NCBI RefSeq assembly: GCF_936981045.1
Contig: NZ_OW441264.1
Span: 1 to 32,000 of the forward strand
From: Candidatus Saccharimonadota bacterium
GTDB taxonomy: Bacteria; Bacteroidota; Bacteroidia; Cytophagales; Amoebophilaceae
Direction: 5' to 3'
DNA: 32,000 bases
Each line of letters starts with the position of its first letter. The first letter of the stretch is position 1. Under the pieces are notes generated by a model that was not told the DNA's origin, ran no database searches, and saw only the letters and a program-made list of their open reading frames with translations. Positions 1 to 9,550 of this stretch are shown piece after piece. Both the position numbers and the translations under genes were made by a program.

Positions 1-90
1 GGTATATCCATAAAGCGTTTGTATCTTACTTTCTTCCTTTTGTAGGGTGCATTTTTTCTTTTTTGAAATATAACCGGGGGCCTAAACGGA

Positions 91-109
91 CAATGGCGTC
101 AACTTAAGG
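91..109 (+). repeat. Solo IS4-family terminal inverted repeat (caatggcgtcaacttaagg) with no transposase attached
   Basis: Near-identical to the left TIR of the complete IS4-family element at 15296-15315 (caatagcgtcaacttaaggg), to its right TIR at 16743-16762 in reverse complement, and to a second solo copy at 15117-15137. Confidence 0.6.
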
Positions 110-187
110 CATTATCCTTAATGAAACTGGACGCATAGCTTCTATTATTTCGAGGTTTTGAGCTATTTTGATCTATGACGGTTGTGG

Positions 188-2050
188 TTATCGCCCTAAG
201 TAAACCATTAAAATGGAAATATCAGTTGGACGTACACCACTAATGCGCGAAGCTTGTCCTAGCGTAGTAGGTCTTTTCTTTTGAAGCTTTTCTAATGCTT
301 CTGCAGAGAGTGCTTTTAACCTTGTATAATCAAAATCAGGTGGAATGGCATAATGCTCTAATCGTTCCATTTTCTCTACAAGTTCCCTTTCTTTTAGAAA
401 ATAACTTTCGTATTTGAGCTCGATGCTCACCTGTTGAAGCACCTCTTGTCCATAAGTAGATAGGGCATTTTCTTGCTGCCTATCTAATGGAAGCAAGTCA
501 TTAAGGTCAACCTCTGGTCTTTTTAACAATGTGTCAGCAAATTGTGTTTCATCTATTAAGCTTGCACCTTTTGCCTCTAAGGTTGGATTAATGGTTTCTG
601 GTTGTATCTTCCATTTTTTTAAAAAATGAAAAATATAAGCCATCTCTTCTTTCTTTTTATATACTTTTTGAAGCCGCTGGTCACCAGCTAATCCTATCGA
701 ATGTCCCCATTCTGTTAAACGCAGGTCTGCATTATCTTGTCTTAGTAAAATGCGAAATTCAGCCCGGGAAGTAAACATGCGATAGGGTTCTTCTGTTCCT
801 TTACTTACTAAATCATCTATTAAGACCCCAATATAGGCCTCAGATCTTTTGAATACCACTGGACTCAATGCATTAATCTTTCTGTAGGCATTAATCCCTG
901 CCATTAGGCCCTGACAAGCAGCTTCTTCATAACCAGTGGTGCCATTGATTTGTCCTGCAAAGTAAAGGTTGTGAATCAGTTGGGTTTCTAGTGTATGGTA
1001 CAACTGCGTAGGAGGGAAATAATCATATTCGATCGCGTAACCAGGACAGATCATTTTGGCTTTTTCAAAACCAACTATAGCCCTTAGCATCTTTAATTGA
1101 ATAGCTTCTGTTAATGAAGTAGATAATCCATTTACATAGATTTGAATAGTATGCCAACCTTCTGGCTCCACAAAGATTTGATGGCGTTCTTTTTCTGCAA
1201 ATCTATGCACCTTATCTTCTATAGAAGGACAATAACGAGGACCGGTACTTTGAATTTGGCCATTATACCTGGGGATGTCTGCTACGTTATCTTTAATAAG
1301 GTTGTGTACAGTTGGGTTGGTATAGGTAATATAACAACTTTTTTGTCGCGTAAGCGGCTCCGTATTTAAAAAGGAAAAACTGCCTGGCCGTGGATCGCCT
1401 GGTTGTATTTCCATCTTGTTGTAATCTAATGTTCTACCATCTACACGAGGAGAGGTCCCTGTCTTCATTCTTCCTGTTTGAAAGCCCAGTTTTTGAAGTT
1501 GTTCAGTAATACCCGTGGCAGCCTTTTCTGCAGAACGACCGCCGGACATTTTTTTTGCGCCAACATGAATGATTCCATTTAAAAAGGTGCCATTGGTCAA
1601 AATAACCGCTTGACTCTCTATCGTGATGCCCAGTTCGGTTTGTACCCCCCTAACCTTTCCATCTTTTATCAATAGGGATACAACCATATCTTGCCAGAAA
1701 TCTAGATTGGGCAATGATTCTAGGGCTCTTCTCCAGCATTCTGAGAATAACCTTCTGTCATTTTGGGTGCGCGGACTCCACATCGCTGGTCCCTTTGAGG
1801 TATTGAGCATTCTAAACTGAATGGCTGATTGATCTGCTATAATGCCAGAAAATCCTCCTAAAGCATCTATTTCCCGAATAAGTTGTCCTTTTGCAATGCC
1901 TCCCATAGCTGGGTTGCAGGACATTTGACCAATCGCCTGCAAGCTCATGGTAATCAGTAGAACCTTAGCACCTAGTTTAGAAGCAGCTGTAGCAGCTTCA
2001 CAACCTGCATGTCCACCGCCCACTACAATAATATCGTATTCAAGTAACAT
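188..2050 (-). CDS. mnmG: tRNA uridine 5-carboxymethylaminomethyl modification enzyme MnmG (GidA)
   Basis: 620-aa ORF with the N-terminal FAD-binding motif [12 protein letters not shown] and full-length GidA-like sequence through the C-terminal SRISGV..DISIL region. Confidence 0.95.
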   Translation of the reverse strand: MLLEYDIIVVGGGHAGCEAATAASKLGAKVLLITMSLQAIGQMSCNPAMGGIAKGQLIREIDALGGFSGIIADQSAIQFRMLNTSKGPAMWSPRTQNDRRLFSECWRRALESLPNLDFWQDMVVSLLIKDGKVRGVQTELGITIESQAVILTNGTFLNGIIHVGAKKMSGGRSAEKAATGITEQLQKLGFQTGRMKTGTSPRVDGRTLDYNKMEIQPGDPRPGSFSFLNTEPLTRQKSCYITYTNPTVHNLIKDNVADIPRYNGQIQSTGPRYCPSIEDKVHRFAEKERHQIFVEPEGWHTIQIYVNGLSTSLTEAIQLKMLRAIVGFEKAKMICPGYAIEYDYFPPTQLYHTLETQLIHNLYFAGQINGTTGYEEAACQGLMAGINAYRKINALSPVVFKRSEAYIGVLIDDLVSKGTEEPYRMFTSRAEFRILLRQDNADLRLTEWGHSIGLAGDQRLQKVYKKKEEMAYIFHFLKKWKIQPETINPTLEAKGASLIDETQFADTLLKRPEVDLNDLLPLDRQQENALSTYGQEVLQQVSIELKYESYFLKERELVEKMERLEHYAIPPDFDYTRLKALSAEALEKLQKKRPTTLGQASRISGVRPTDISILMVYLGR

Positions 2051-2060
2051 AGATTTAAAA

Positions 2061-2078
2061 ATGTTTCACGTGAAACAT
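2061..2078. promoter_or_regulatory. 18-bp perfect palindrome ATGTTTCACGTGAAACAT, 11 bp upstream of the mnmG start codon; candidate operator
   Basis: Perfect dyad read directly from the sequence. Position relative to mnmG ATG (2050) puts it in the leader/promoter region. No regulator is identified. Confidence 0.3.
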
Positions 2079-2099
2079 CCCACGCATCATTAGATATGG

Positions 2100-2290
2100 T
2101 TGTATCTACTTTTTTTGATCAAGAAGAAACAAAAAAATCAAGCACTGATGAAAAAAGTTGCTGTAAGTGCACCTTTAAAGCTGGAAAATCAGAATCAACC
2201 CTGCAAATCCACTTAACTGATTTTTTAATCAGTTTTAAGGACACACTTACTTATCACAACTTTTTTCAAAGTGCGTTGTTTTTACAACAT
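2100..2290 (-). repeat. Long-palindrome intergenic repeat, divergent copy A
   Basis: Shares the blocks aaaaatcaagc, aaaaagttgc, ttccagct and an apical hairpin (aactgatt-tttt-aatcagtt, 2215-2234) with copies at 7947-8165 and 26670-26893. The track ORF 2096..2317 lies entirely inside it. Confidence 0.55.
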
Positions 2291-2396
2291 TGTCCAACTA
2301 TAAGGTGTGCTTTCTGATCGAAACTTTTTAGAAAGGAGCTTCTCTTTCGCAATAAGACTAATAGGCAGCATAATTGCTGAATGAATAATTCTATTT

Positions 2397-2873
2397 TCAA
2401 TATTCTAGTGGTGGTGCATTTATATAATGCAATCCTATATGACAGGTGTTTTTTATAAGCAGATCACGACCGGGAAAGAAAAAGGAAATTTCTGTAGCAG
2501 CTGTTTCGTCTGAATCTGAGCCATGAATAGCATTATAATCGATAGAAGTAGCAAATACCTTCCTAATGGTACCCTCAGCAGCTTCTGCTGGATTGGTAGC
2601 ACCCATTAGTTTGCGTAGATCTGTTACTGCATGCTCTTTTTCCAATACCATGGCCACTACAGGGCCAGAAGCTATAAATTTGCATAAGTCTGTATAAAAA
2701 GGACGGTGTGCATGTACTGCATAAAAGTGTTCCGCGGCGGCTTGGGTTAACTCAAGCATAGAGAGTGCGTGTATAGCAAAACCTGCTTTTTCTATCATGG
2801 AAAGAATAGAACCAATATAATTGTTACGCACTGCATCAGGCTTAATCATTGAAAATGTGTATCTTCCGTTCAT
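2397..2873 (-). CDS. ndk: Nucleoside diphosphate kinase
   Basis: 158-aa ORF with FSMIKPDAV at the N-terminus and the active-site motif NAIHGSDS. It has a roughly 20-aa C-terminal tail beyond the usual NDK length. Confidence 0.93.
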   Translation of the reverse strand: MNGRYTFSMIKPDAVRNNYIGSILSMIEKAGFAIHALSMLELTQAAAEHFYAVHAHRPFYTDLCKFIASGPVVAMVLEKEHAVTDLRKLMGATNPAEAAEGTIRKVFATSIDYNAIHGSDSDETAATEISFFFPGRDLLIKNTCHIGLHYINAPPLEY

Positions 2874-3167
2874 TTTCTTAACTTAATTTAAGTGTGATTT
2901 ATAAGGGATCATGTTTGCTAGCTCGGATCCACAGTGTGGGCTATACCCTAAGAAGAAGCTTCATGGCCTGAAGTTTTTTAGAAGTTATAACTGAAAAACA
3001 TCTTATTAACCCTAATGTATATTCAGCCTATCTGAATAGGTTAAATGCTTACAAAGGTACCATTTTCCGGGTATACTTCGGAAGACAAATATAATACTTT
3101 TTAGGCCTTAGCCAAGCATTAGGTAGATGGTGTGGTTGCATTACGTATGGTGTTTTGTATGGTAAAC

Positions 3168-4168
3168 ACCTCAGTTCGGGATTAGACGTATTGTGAACCA
3201 GTCATATATATATTAGTTATAGAAGGTTTTTTCTCTTTTAGTGCATAAGCTGTAATTCCAGCTATCAAATTGACTAGAAAATTAGGTATGCTTCTATGCC
3301 TGGAATGTTCTATCTGGCTAATATTTTTGAGCTGATCTATAATAGTTTCAATTATAGATCGTTTTCTAAGCATCAGTTTATCCCAGAGTGGCATAAAAGC
3401 ATTTTTCATATTTTTTCTGATTTGGGTAATGAGTTCCGCGCCTTTTTCGATCAGTTTTTCAAATAAATCTTTGCTTATGTAACCTTTATCGGCAAACATT
3501 TTACCCATGAAGTGTTTACATAAATTTTCTACAGGAAGCCTATCATTAGTTTTACCTGTGGTCAGTTGAAAATTCATAATTTCTCCTAAATCATTGACTA
3601 TCAAGTGCAACTTTAATCCAAAAAACCGACCGGTGCTGGTTTTACCTTTAGTAGCAATCGATTTAAAAACCCGTACGTATAGGCTCTTTTGATATGGCAA
3701 ACCTTGATGGCTGTTGCATCCATAAAATAACAACCTGTTTTTGTTTTAGAAAGACTTTGTGTAAAACAGTACAAGAGAACTAACGTTCTTTGGATCAGTT
3801 CTATAAATCTATTCTAGCTTACTAACTTTCCAAATTTACTAGAATGAAATTGCTGTAAATGAATATAATAAGACTTAAAATTTCTAAAACCAATCACATG
3901 AAAGGCAATAAGAACAGTCATTATTTCACTCAAAGTTAATGAACAAGTTCTAGTGGGTTTTCTTTTAGAGTTGGTTAACAGTTGTTTTTCCATATACGGC
4001 ATAAACTTTATGAGAAATTCATTAACAGCATAATATATTTCAACTAACTTTTCTACATTCATAACTGGCTCCTTTGGATAATCTGGTTAGTATTTTTTTA
4101 TCTCCAAATTTAAAACACAAAGGAGCTTTTTAAAGCTATTTTTTAACAAGCTAATCCCGAACTCAGGT
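3168..4168 (-). mobile_element. IS982-family insertion sequence, copy 1 (about 1.0 kb, transposase disrupted)
   Basis: Imperfect TIRs acctcagttcgggattag (3168-3185) and ctaatcccgaactcaggt (4151-4168). The internal ORFs show IS982-type motifs. Confidence 0.88.
3182..4062 (-). pseudogene. IS982-family transposase, broken by an in-frame TAG (3814-3816) and a 1-nt deletion near 3680
   Basis: Track ORFs 3814..4062 (N-terminal part) and 3182..3733 (C-terminal part with ADKGYIS and [21 protein letters not shown]). Comparison with copy 2 shows acgtacgggttttt here against acgcacagggttttt there. Confidence 0.85.
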
Positions 4169-4282
4169 TAAATGGTAACTATGATGTGTATTTGTGGGTA
4201 ACTTGCTCCGGTTATCCATCAAATTCATATGTTCATCAAGAAGTGTTTTCAATATAACTATATCTTGCAGTAGTTACTGATC

Positions 4283-5571
4283 GAGACCGTTGCAATAAAA
4301 TTTCAAGCTTTGGTATAAAAAGTGGCTTTTAGTGTTATAAAATGGTTAAATTATGTTACATTTTTAATGGTTTATACTTAAGATTTTTAATAGTATTGTT
4401 ATGGCCATCAAAACAAATAATCAATTAAGTTTTGCAGATATTTCAGCTAGTCGACGTAAGTGTAAGCATACTTTTTTCGATCAGCTTAATAAGCTGATTA
4501 ATTGGCAAGTAATAGAAAAAGAACTTTTCTTGTATTATCCTAAAGGTTTGTGTTTATCAGGCAAGCCAGATTATAGCCCACTTCTTTTATTTAAAATGCT
4601 GTTACTTCAAACATGGTATGCTCTGAGTGACTATCAAGTAGAAGAAGAAGTAAATGATCGTATCACTTTCAGCAGATTTTGTGGTATTTCCATGGATAGT
4701 TCTGTTCCAGATCATAGTGTATTAAGTAGATTTAGAACTGCGCTTACGGAGAAGCAGGCCTTAGAAAGGTTATTGAAAATCATTAATGATCAGCTATCTA
4801 ATCATGTTGTATTGGTTCAACAGGGTTCAGCAGCTGTTGACGCCTCTATAACTCCTACCCCTAGGCGCCCTAAAGGTAAAAAAACTATGATCTTCATGAA
4901 GATGGGACTATAACTGTAGCCGAAAGCTATCAAAAAAGTGTAGACCCAGAAGCAAGTTGGGCCCAAAAAGGTGATACACTATATTATGGCTATAAGCGGC
5001 ACATCCTTGTGGAAAGTAAAGAAGGCTTAGTCCTAGCAGTCAGTACCACAAAAGCATCTAGTCATGATAGTGCTCATTTACAAGTCTTATTGGATAAAGT
5101 AGAGCTAAAAGTAGGTAGTAGGCTATATGCAGATAAGGGCTATAGCGGATCACCTAATGAAACCTTATTAAAGAATAAAGTCTTAAAATCAGCTATTCAG
5201 AAGAAAGCCACTAGAAATAACCCTTTATCACCTACTGCTATACGGTTTAATAGATTGGTAGCTAAAACCAGGTATAAAGTAGAACGCGTATTTGGTAGTA
5301 TTAAAAGTTGGTTCCGAAGCTCAGGAGCCCGCTATATAGGCCTTGCTAAGGCCTATACGCAACACATTATGGAAGCAATAGCCTACAACTTATATAGATC
5401 CCCAAACATCATATTAAAAGGTATTTAGGGGGATGCTCTGTCAAAAAATGAATAAAATTAACCTGAAAATCCATAAATAATAAGAATATTTAGACCCATA
5501 ACACTAAAAATCAAAAAAATAACCCTAGAAAAATAGTAAAAATTATACTATCGATCTATCACAACGGTCTC
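4283..5571 (+). mobile_element. IS5-family insertion sequence flanked by a 5-bp direct repeat tgatc
   Basis: Terminal inverted repeats gagaccgttg (4283-4292) and caacggtctc (5562-5571). The sequence tgatc occurs at 4278-4282 and 5572-5576. Confidence 0.85.
4401..5428 (+). pseudogene. IS5-family DDE transposase split over two frames at an A7 run (4878-4884); pseudogene or slippage-dependent
   Basis: ORF 4401..4913 reads up to ..DASITPTPRRPKGKK. The -1 frame continues from the A-run as YDLHEDGTITVAESYQKSVDPEASW into ORF 5009..5428, which carries YADKGYSG and RYKVERVFGSIKSW. Confidence 0.8.
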
Positions 5572-5601
5572 TGATCGTTCCCCTATAAGTTGATGCCATT
5601 T
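5572..5601 (+). repeat. Degenerate IS4-family right-end remnant into which the IS5 inserted
   Basis: With the IS5 removed, tagttac-tgatc-gttcccctataagttgatgccattt resembles the end of the complete IS4 element, taattactcatattttcccttaagttgacgccatt (16728-16760). Confidence 0.4.
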
Positions 5602-5781
5602 ATGGTTCTGTAACACTGGGCAACAGATGTAGCGCACAATGGTGTGACATATTAATATCTATATTATATGTCTTCTTTTTTATATCTAATGATCAGTGCA
5701 TGACTTATGTGCAAAAGGGAGGCGCTAAATAGGGCGCATTAGGAAGGGGCTGGTTCAACCAAGTGGCAAAAATAGGTTATA

Positions 5782-6510
5782 TTGCAATATAAATTCGCAC
5801 AGATGGTACAAAATAGGGAAATAGTTGTAAAAAAATTGGGTTTAATAGATTATAAAGAAGCATTGGCGATTCAGGAAGCCTGCTATAGCACCATTGTGGA
5901 TCGAAAGTGCGGGCGCTTTACGGTTCAGCAACCTACCCAATCCTCACCTTCTGGTTACTTGCTTTTTTGTGAACATCCTCCTGTATACACCCTGGGACGA
6001 AGCGGATCTATTGGCCATTTATTGGTAGATGCAGCTACCTTGCAAACACAGGCGATTGCCGTATATCATATAAATAGAGGGGGGGATATTACCTATCATG
6101 GTCCAGGTCAATTAGTGGTCTATCCTATTGTTGATTTGGAATGTTTTTTTACAGACATACACCGTTATCTTCGCTTACTTGAAGCATCTGTGATAGAAAC
6201 ATTAACCTATTTCAATATTCCATCAATGCGTTGCCCTGGGTTAACCGGTGTATGGTTAAAAGCAGATACAACTACAAGACAATTTGATCGGAAAATTTGT
6301 GCCATTGGCATTAGAGTAAGCAGGTGGGTAACCATGCATGGGCTGGCCCTGAATGTAAATAATGATCTGGCACCTTTTGGTCAAATTATACCCTGTGGTA
6401 TACCTAAAGCAGTCACATCTATGCAACAAGAATCTAACAAATCTATTTCTATAATGGCTGTATCATACATTTTAGAGCAAATTATTCTAAATAAGTTAAA
6501 TACTGTATAA
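5782..6510 (+). CDS. lipB: Octanoyltransferase LipB (lipoyl(octanoyl) transferase)
   Basis: Motifs RGGDITYHGPGQLVVYP, KICAIGIRV and PCGI. The track start is TTG at 5782; an in-frame ATG at 5803 is the more likely start. Confidence 0.9.
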   Translation: MQYKFAQMVQNREIVVKKLGLIDYKEALAIQEACYSTIVDRKCGRFTVQQPTQSSPSGYLLFCEHPPVYTLGRSGSIGHLLVDAATLQTQAIAVYHINRGGDITYHGPGQLVVYPIVDLECFFTDIHRYLRLLEASVIETLTYFNIPSMRCPGLTGVWLKADTTTRQFDRKICAIGIRVSRWVTMHGLALNVNNDLAPFGQIIPCGIPKAVTSMQQESNKSISIMAVSYILEQIILNKLNTV

Positions 6511-6678
6511 TTTTTGTATTAAGCTTTTATTTAAAATAAAGTACCAAATATTTATATTGTGCTTAGGGTTCCCATTGGTTAGTACTTCTTTTGAATGTTG
6601 AAAAATTCAAACATAAAAAATCAATGGAAGGGACTGATAAGCATGTTCTTTTTCTACTTATTAATTTGCTAATGCCAG

Positions 6679-7056
6679 ATGCAACACAGAGGAGAAATTA
6701 TTGAAAATGTAGTGAGAAGAAGCGGTATCTCTCTTTCAGTATTAGCTGGAAAAATGGGTATAAGTACAAATACACTCTACAACAGGTTTAAGGAGAAAAA
6801 TTTGAGTTATGACTTTATATTGACGTTGGGGATGGTGCTACACTATAATTTTGCTGTACATTTTCCTGAGATGAAGTCAGATAAAGCGCTTCCAGACGAT
6901 GTCCGTGCAGAATTATTTCAACTTGAGGAGAAATATAAAAGTTTATTGGAAAGATATAATTGGTTGTTGAAGTTTTTGCTGAAGAAATCACATGAGGCTG
7001 ATCAACATGCCTTGCATAAGCAAATTAAAGAATTTATAAACTCCTCTTCTTTTTAA
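6679..7056 (+). CDS. Hypothetical small protein with a helix-turn-helix-like N-terminus and a predicted coiled-coil C-terminus
   Basis: 125-aa ORF. The segment SGISLSVLAGKMGISTNTLYNRFK looks like an HTH. The stop TAA (7054-7056) directly abuts the rsmA ORF. I recognise no family. Confidence 0.5.
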   Translation: MQHRGEIIENVVRRSGISLSVLAGKMGISTNTLYNRFKEKNLSYDFILTLGMVLHYNFAVHFPEMKSDKALPDDVRAELFQLEEKYKSLLERYNWLLKFLLKKSHEADQHALHKQIKEFINSSSF

Positions 7057-7857
7057 GTGCAGCCCACTATGGCAACGTCTATAAGGATTAAAAAATCATT
7101 GGGCCAGCATTTTTTAATAGGCACTGCTGTGTCCAGTCGAATAGCCAATCTATTAACAGATGCAAGCTTAGTAGGTACGGTAATTGAAGTGGGACCTGGT
7201 AGGGGTAGCTTAACAGAAATGTTGCTCTGTAAGCCTATTGCTAGTTTATATCTTGTAGAGATAGATAGCGACCTTGTACCCTATCTAAAAAAAAAATATG
7301 CTCAATTAAGGGATAGTATCATAGAGGCAGATTTTTTAAAACTGTCCCTAACAGAACAGTTTCAAGGTGCACGGTTGACTATTATTGGCAATTTCCCCTA
7401 TAATATTTCTTCTCAAATTTTCTTTAAAATTTTAGACAATCGTCATATGGTACATGAAGTAGTAGGGATGGTTCAGAAGGAAGTAGCAGAACGAATGGCT
7501 GCTCAACCAGGTAGTAAGACTTATGGTATGCTTAGTCTGTTTTTACAAGCATTCTATGTCATAGAATACCATTTTACAGTACTGCCTCATCTCTTTCTGC
7601 CACCACCTAAAGTGGATTCTGCGGTTATTACCATGCATCGCAATAACGTACAAAAACTACCATGTAATGAGTTGCTTTTTTTTCAAATAGTCAAAAGTGG
7701 TTTTCAGCAACGTAGAAAGAAGTTGCAAAATGCTTTGCGTGCTTTCAATGTGTCCAATATAGGTTGCACTGATTTGTTGAATAAACGTGCAGAGGAACTT
7801 AGTGTAGCTGAATTTGTAGAACTAACTAATGCATTGGAAACCAGGGGATTGACCTAG
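7057..7857 (+). CDS. rsmA: 16S rRNA (adenine1518/1519-N6)-dimethyltransferase RsmA (KsgA)
   Basis: Motifs LGQHFL, EVGPGRGSLT (SAM binding) and GNFPYNISS. The track start is GTG at 7057; the in-frame ATG at 7069 is plausible. Confidence 0.93.
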   Translation: MQPTMATSIRIKKSLGQHFLIGTAVSSRIANLLTDASLVGTVIEVGPGRGSLTEMLLCKPIASLYLVEIDSDLVPYLKKKYAQLRDSIIEADFLKLSLTEQFQGARLTIIGNFPYNISSQIFFKILDNRHMVHEVVGMVQKEVAERMAAQPGSKTYGMLSLFLQAFYVIEYHFTVLPHLFLPPPKVDSAVITMHRNNVQKLPCNELLFFQIVKSGFQQRRKKLQNALRAFNVSNIGCTDLLNKRAEELSVAEFVELTNALETRGLT

Positions 7858-7946
7858 CTTATAACAGCTTACAGGTGTCAGTATTAAATTTATAACTAAA
7901 AAACTACTTGGTAAGACTTTGTTTACTATATTTTAGTATAAATTGC

Positions 7947-8165
7947 GGTATCTGTTTAAGTCACTGGTAAAAAAGCATGTATACCACACTTTTTTTTGAT
8001 AAAAAAGTGTGCAAAAAATCAAGCGCTGATGCAAAAAATTGCTAGAATTCCCGCTTACAGCTGGAAAAACAGAAGCCATCCTGTGGCCTCCATTAAGCTG
8101 TTTTTCTGATCAGCTGCAAGGTGTGCTTTCTGATCGCAACCTTTTACGAGGGGCGGGTTTTTATT
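7947..8165 (-). repeat. Long-palindrome intergenic repeat, full-length copy B
   Basis: Contains the tail ggtatctgtttaagtcactggtaaaaaag, the A/T hairpin cacactttttt-ttga-taaaaaagtgtg, both arms (ttccagctgtaag / cttgcagctgatcagaaaaacag in reverse complement) and the apex gaagccatcctgtggcctc (8072-8090). The track ORF 8039..8254 overlaps it. Confidence 0.75.
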
Positions 8166-8372
8166 TTTTTCGTAGTATGGCCATACCGATGAACGTACGA
8201 CGGGTACTAATTTTTTTAGGAAACAGGTCCTTATGTTATATAATTATGATGTGATCATCTGTCATTCATAGATGCCATTGGTGCCGCATCTAGCATTTGA
8301 ATAGTTTCAGAGGTGAACTTCTTTTCATTTGGATCAGTAAATGAAGAGAATACTTTAATCATACGTTGAATA

Positions 8373-9327
8373 TTAGATAGTGTTTAGTCCCAAAGTGTAG
8401 TGGCAAGGATTAGTATGAAATAATTCAGGCTTTTTCTTCCACTGCTTACAAATAAACTCATAAGGTGAAAGCCCCTTAAGTGTTTTAAGCCGTTTAGCGT
8501 GATTATAAGCTATAATAAAATGATAAAGATGCGTTTTTAGATGCTCATGAGATTGATAATAGTATTTTTTCACCGTAGCATCTTTAAGAGTTCTATTCAT
8601 TCGTTCCACTTGTCCATTTGTCCAGGGATGGTTCACTTTTGTGAGACGATGCTCAATTCCATTGGCTAAACAGACTAGATCGAAAATATGTACAAAACTG
8701 TGGCGATCTTTTTGCCTATTACAAAACTGGATCCCATTGTCTGTGAGTATAGTATGTATTTTATAAGGAGTCGATTTAATCACATTTTCGAGAAAAGTTG
8801 CAGCTATCATTTTAGTCATTTTGGGATGTAGCTCCACATAAACAAATTTAGAGGTTCGATCAATGGCTACAAATAAATATAATTTGCCTCCTTCAGTACT
8901 CATTTCTGCAATATCGATATGGAAATAACCAATAGGATATACTTTAAACTTCTTTTTAGCTGTATGTTCTTTCTCTACAGATTCAAGCAAAAAACTTATT
9001 CCATGCCGTTGTAAACAACGGTGCAAACTCGAACGAGTCAAATGCGGAATAACTGTTTGCAGAGCATATAGACAGTCATCTAACGGTAGAAGGGCATGCC
9101 TACGACAGGAATAATTATACTTTCTTCCTCTCTGGTTAAAACTGTTGATTTTCGCTCTTTAGGTCCCATGACTACATCTTCAAAAAATGAACGATTTTTC
9201 CATTTTGAAGCGGTTTTTATGTTGATGCCGTAATGTCGTGCAAGGGAAGCTAGACTCTGTGTACTCTCTTGTATGTCTTACGAACTCTAATTGTCGTTTT
9301 GGCGCAGCCGTGTAATAATTGTCCCAT
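8373..9327 (-). pseudogene. IS481-family (rve integrase core) transposase with at least two frameshifts in the N-terminal third
   Basis: ORF 8373..9041 carries HIDIAEM, LFVAIDRTSKF, ILTDNGIQF and HPWTNGQVERMNRTLK. Upstream, the HTH part (..LASLARHYGINIKTASKWKNR.. and ..RRHALLPLDDCLYALQTVIPHLTRSSL) is spread over three frames starting from the ATG at 9327. Confidence 0.82.
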
Positions 9328-9405
9328 AATTGTTCTCTACTTGCTAAGGATAAGTAAAATATACCACTTTCGTAGAATATATCACTACACTTTGGGACTA
9401 AACAC
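8381..9405 (-). mobile_element. IS481-family insertion sequence with perfect 22-bp TIRs and a decayed transposase
   Basis: tgtttagtcccaaagtgtagtg at 8381-8402 and its exact reverse complement at 9384-9405. Confidence 0.88.
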
Positions 9406-9436
9406 CTAAGACGCGTTGTAGGATTTAGTCATGGCT

Positions 9437-9550
9437 GGGAAGTGTTCACTAAACTGTGTCAAACCTTTAAAAAGTTATAATTTACATACTTAACAGATAA
9501 AGGTTTTAGACATGGAAGAAACAATGCATAATGACTACGTTGGCTTAGTA
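9437..9550 (+). mobile_element. IS256-family 5' end fragment (variant TIR plus the first roughly 12 codons), cut by IS982 copy 2
   Basis: gggaagtgttcactaaactgtgtca ... aaaggttttagacatggaagaaacaatgcataatgactacgttggcttagta parallels the left end of the intact IS256 at 17181-17290. It ends exactly at the IS982 TIR (9551). Confidence 0.75.

Noticed and set aside
1142-1369. Short ORFs antisense to, or out of frame within, well-supported genes: 1142..1369, 1623..1820, 11490..11681, 12335..12541, 13905..14108, 15700..15909, 15997..16218, 16112..16294, 19138..19353, 21407..21643, 22267..22455, 23875..24081, 23948..24151, 24728..24934, 24736..24939 and 28988..29215.
   Set aside because: All are embedded in longer ORFs that have clear family motifs on the other strand or frame. 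None has a recognisable motif of its own.
2096-2317. Track ORFs lying inside the palindromic repeat copies: 2096..2317, 8039..8254, 20284..20481, 26646..26843 and 26738..26923.
   Set aside because: Each coincides with a copy of the same non-coding repeat, but in different frames and on different strands from copy to copy. Their peptides are low-complexity and unrelated to one another, so they are artefacts of the repeat rather than genes.
3159-4179. Possible target-site duplication for IS982 copy 1: atggtaaac at 3159-3167 and atggtaac at 4172-4179.
   Set aside because: The match is imperfect and is offset by 3 bp from the right TIR. Copy 2 shows nothing comparable, so it is not reliable enough to define the element boundaries.
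8255-8362. 35-codon minus-strand ORF (MIKVFSSFTDPNEKKFTSETIQMLDAAPMASMNDR) between repeat B and the IS481 element.
   Set aside because: It is too short and has no recognisable motif. It is possibly the N-terminal stub of a gene destroyed by the IS481 insertion, but that cannot be supported from this window.
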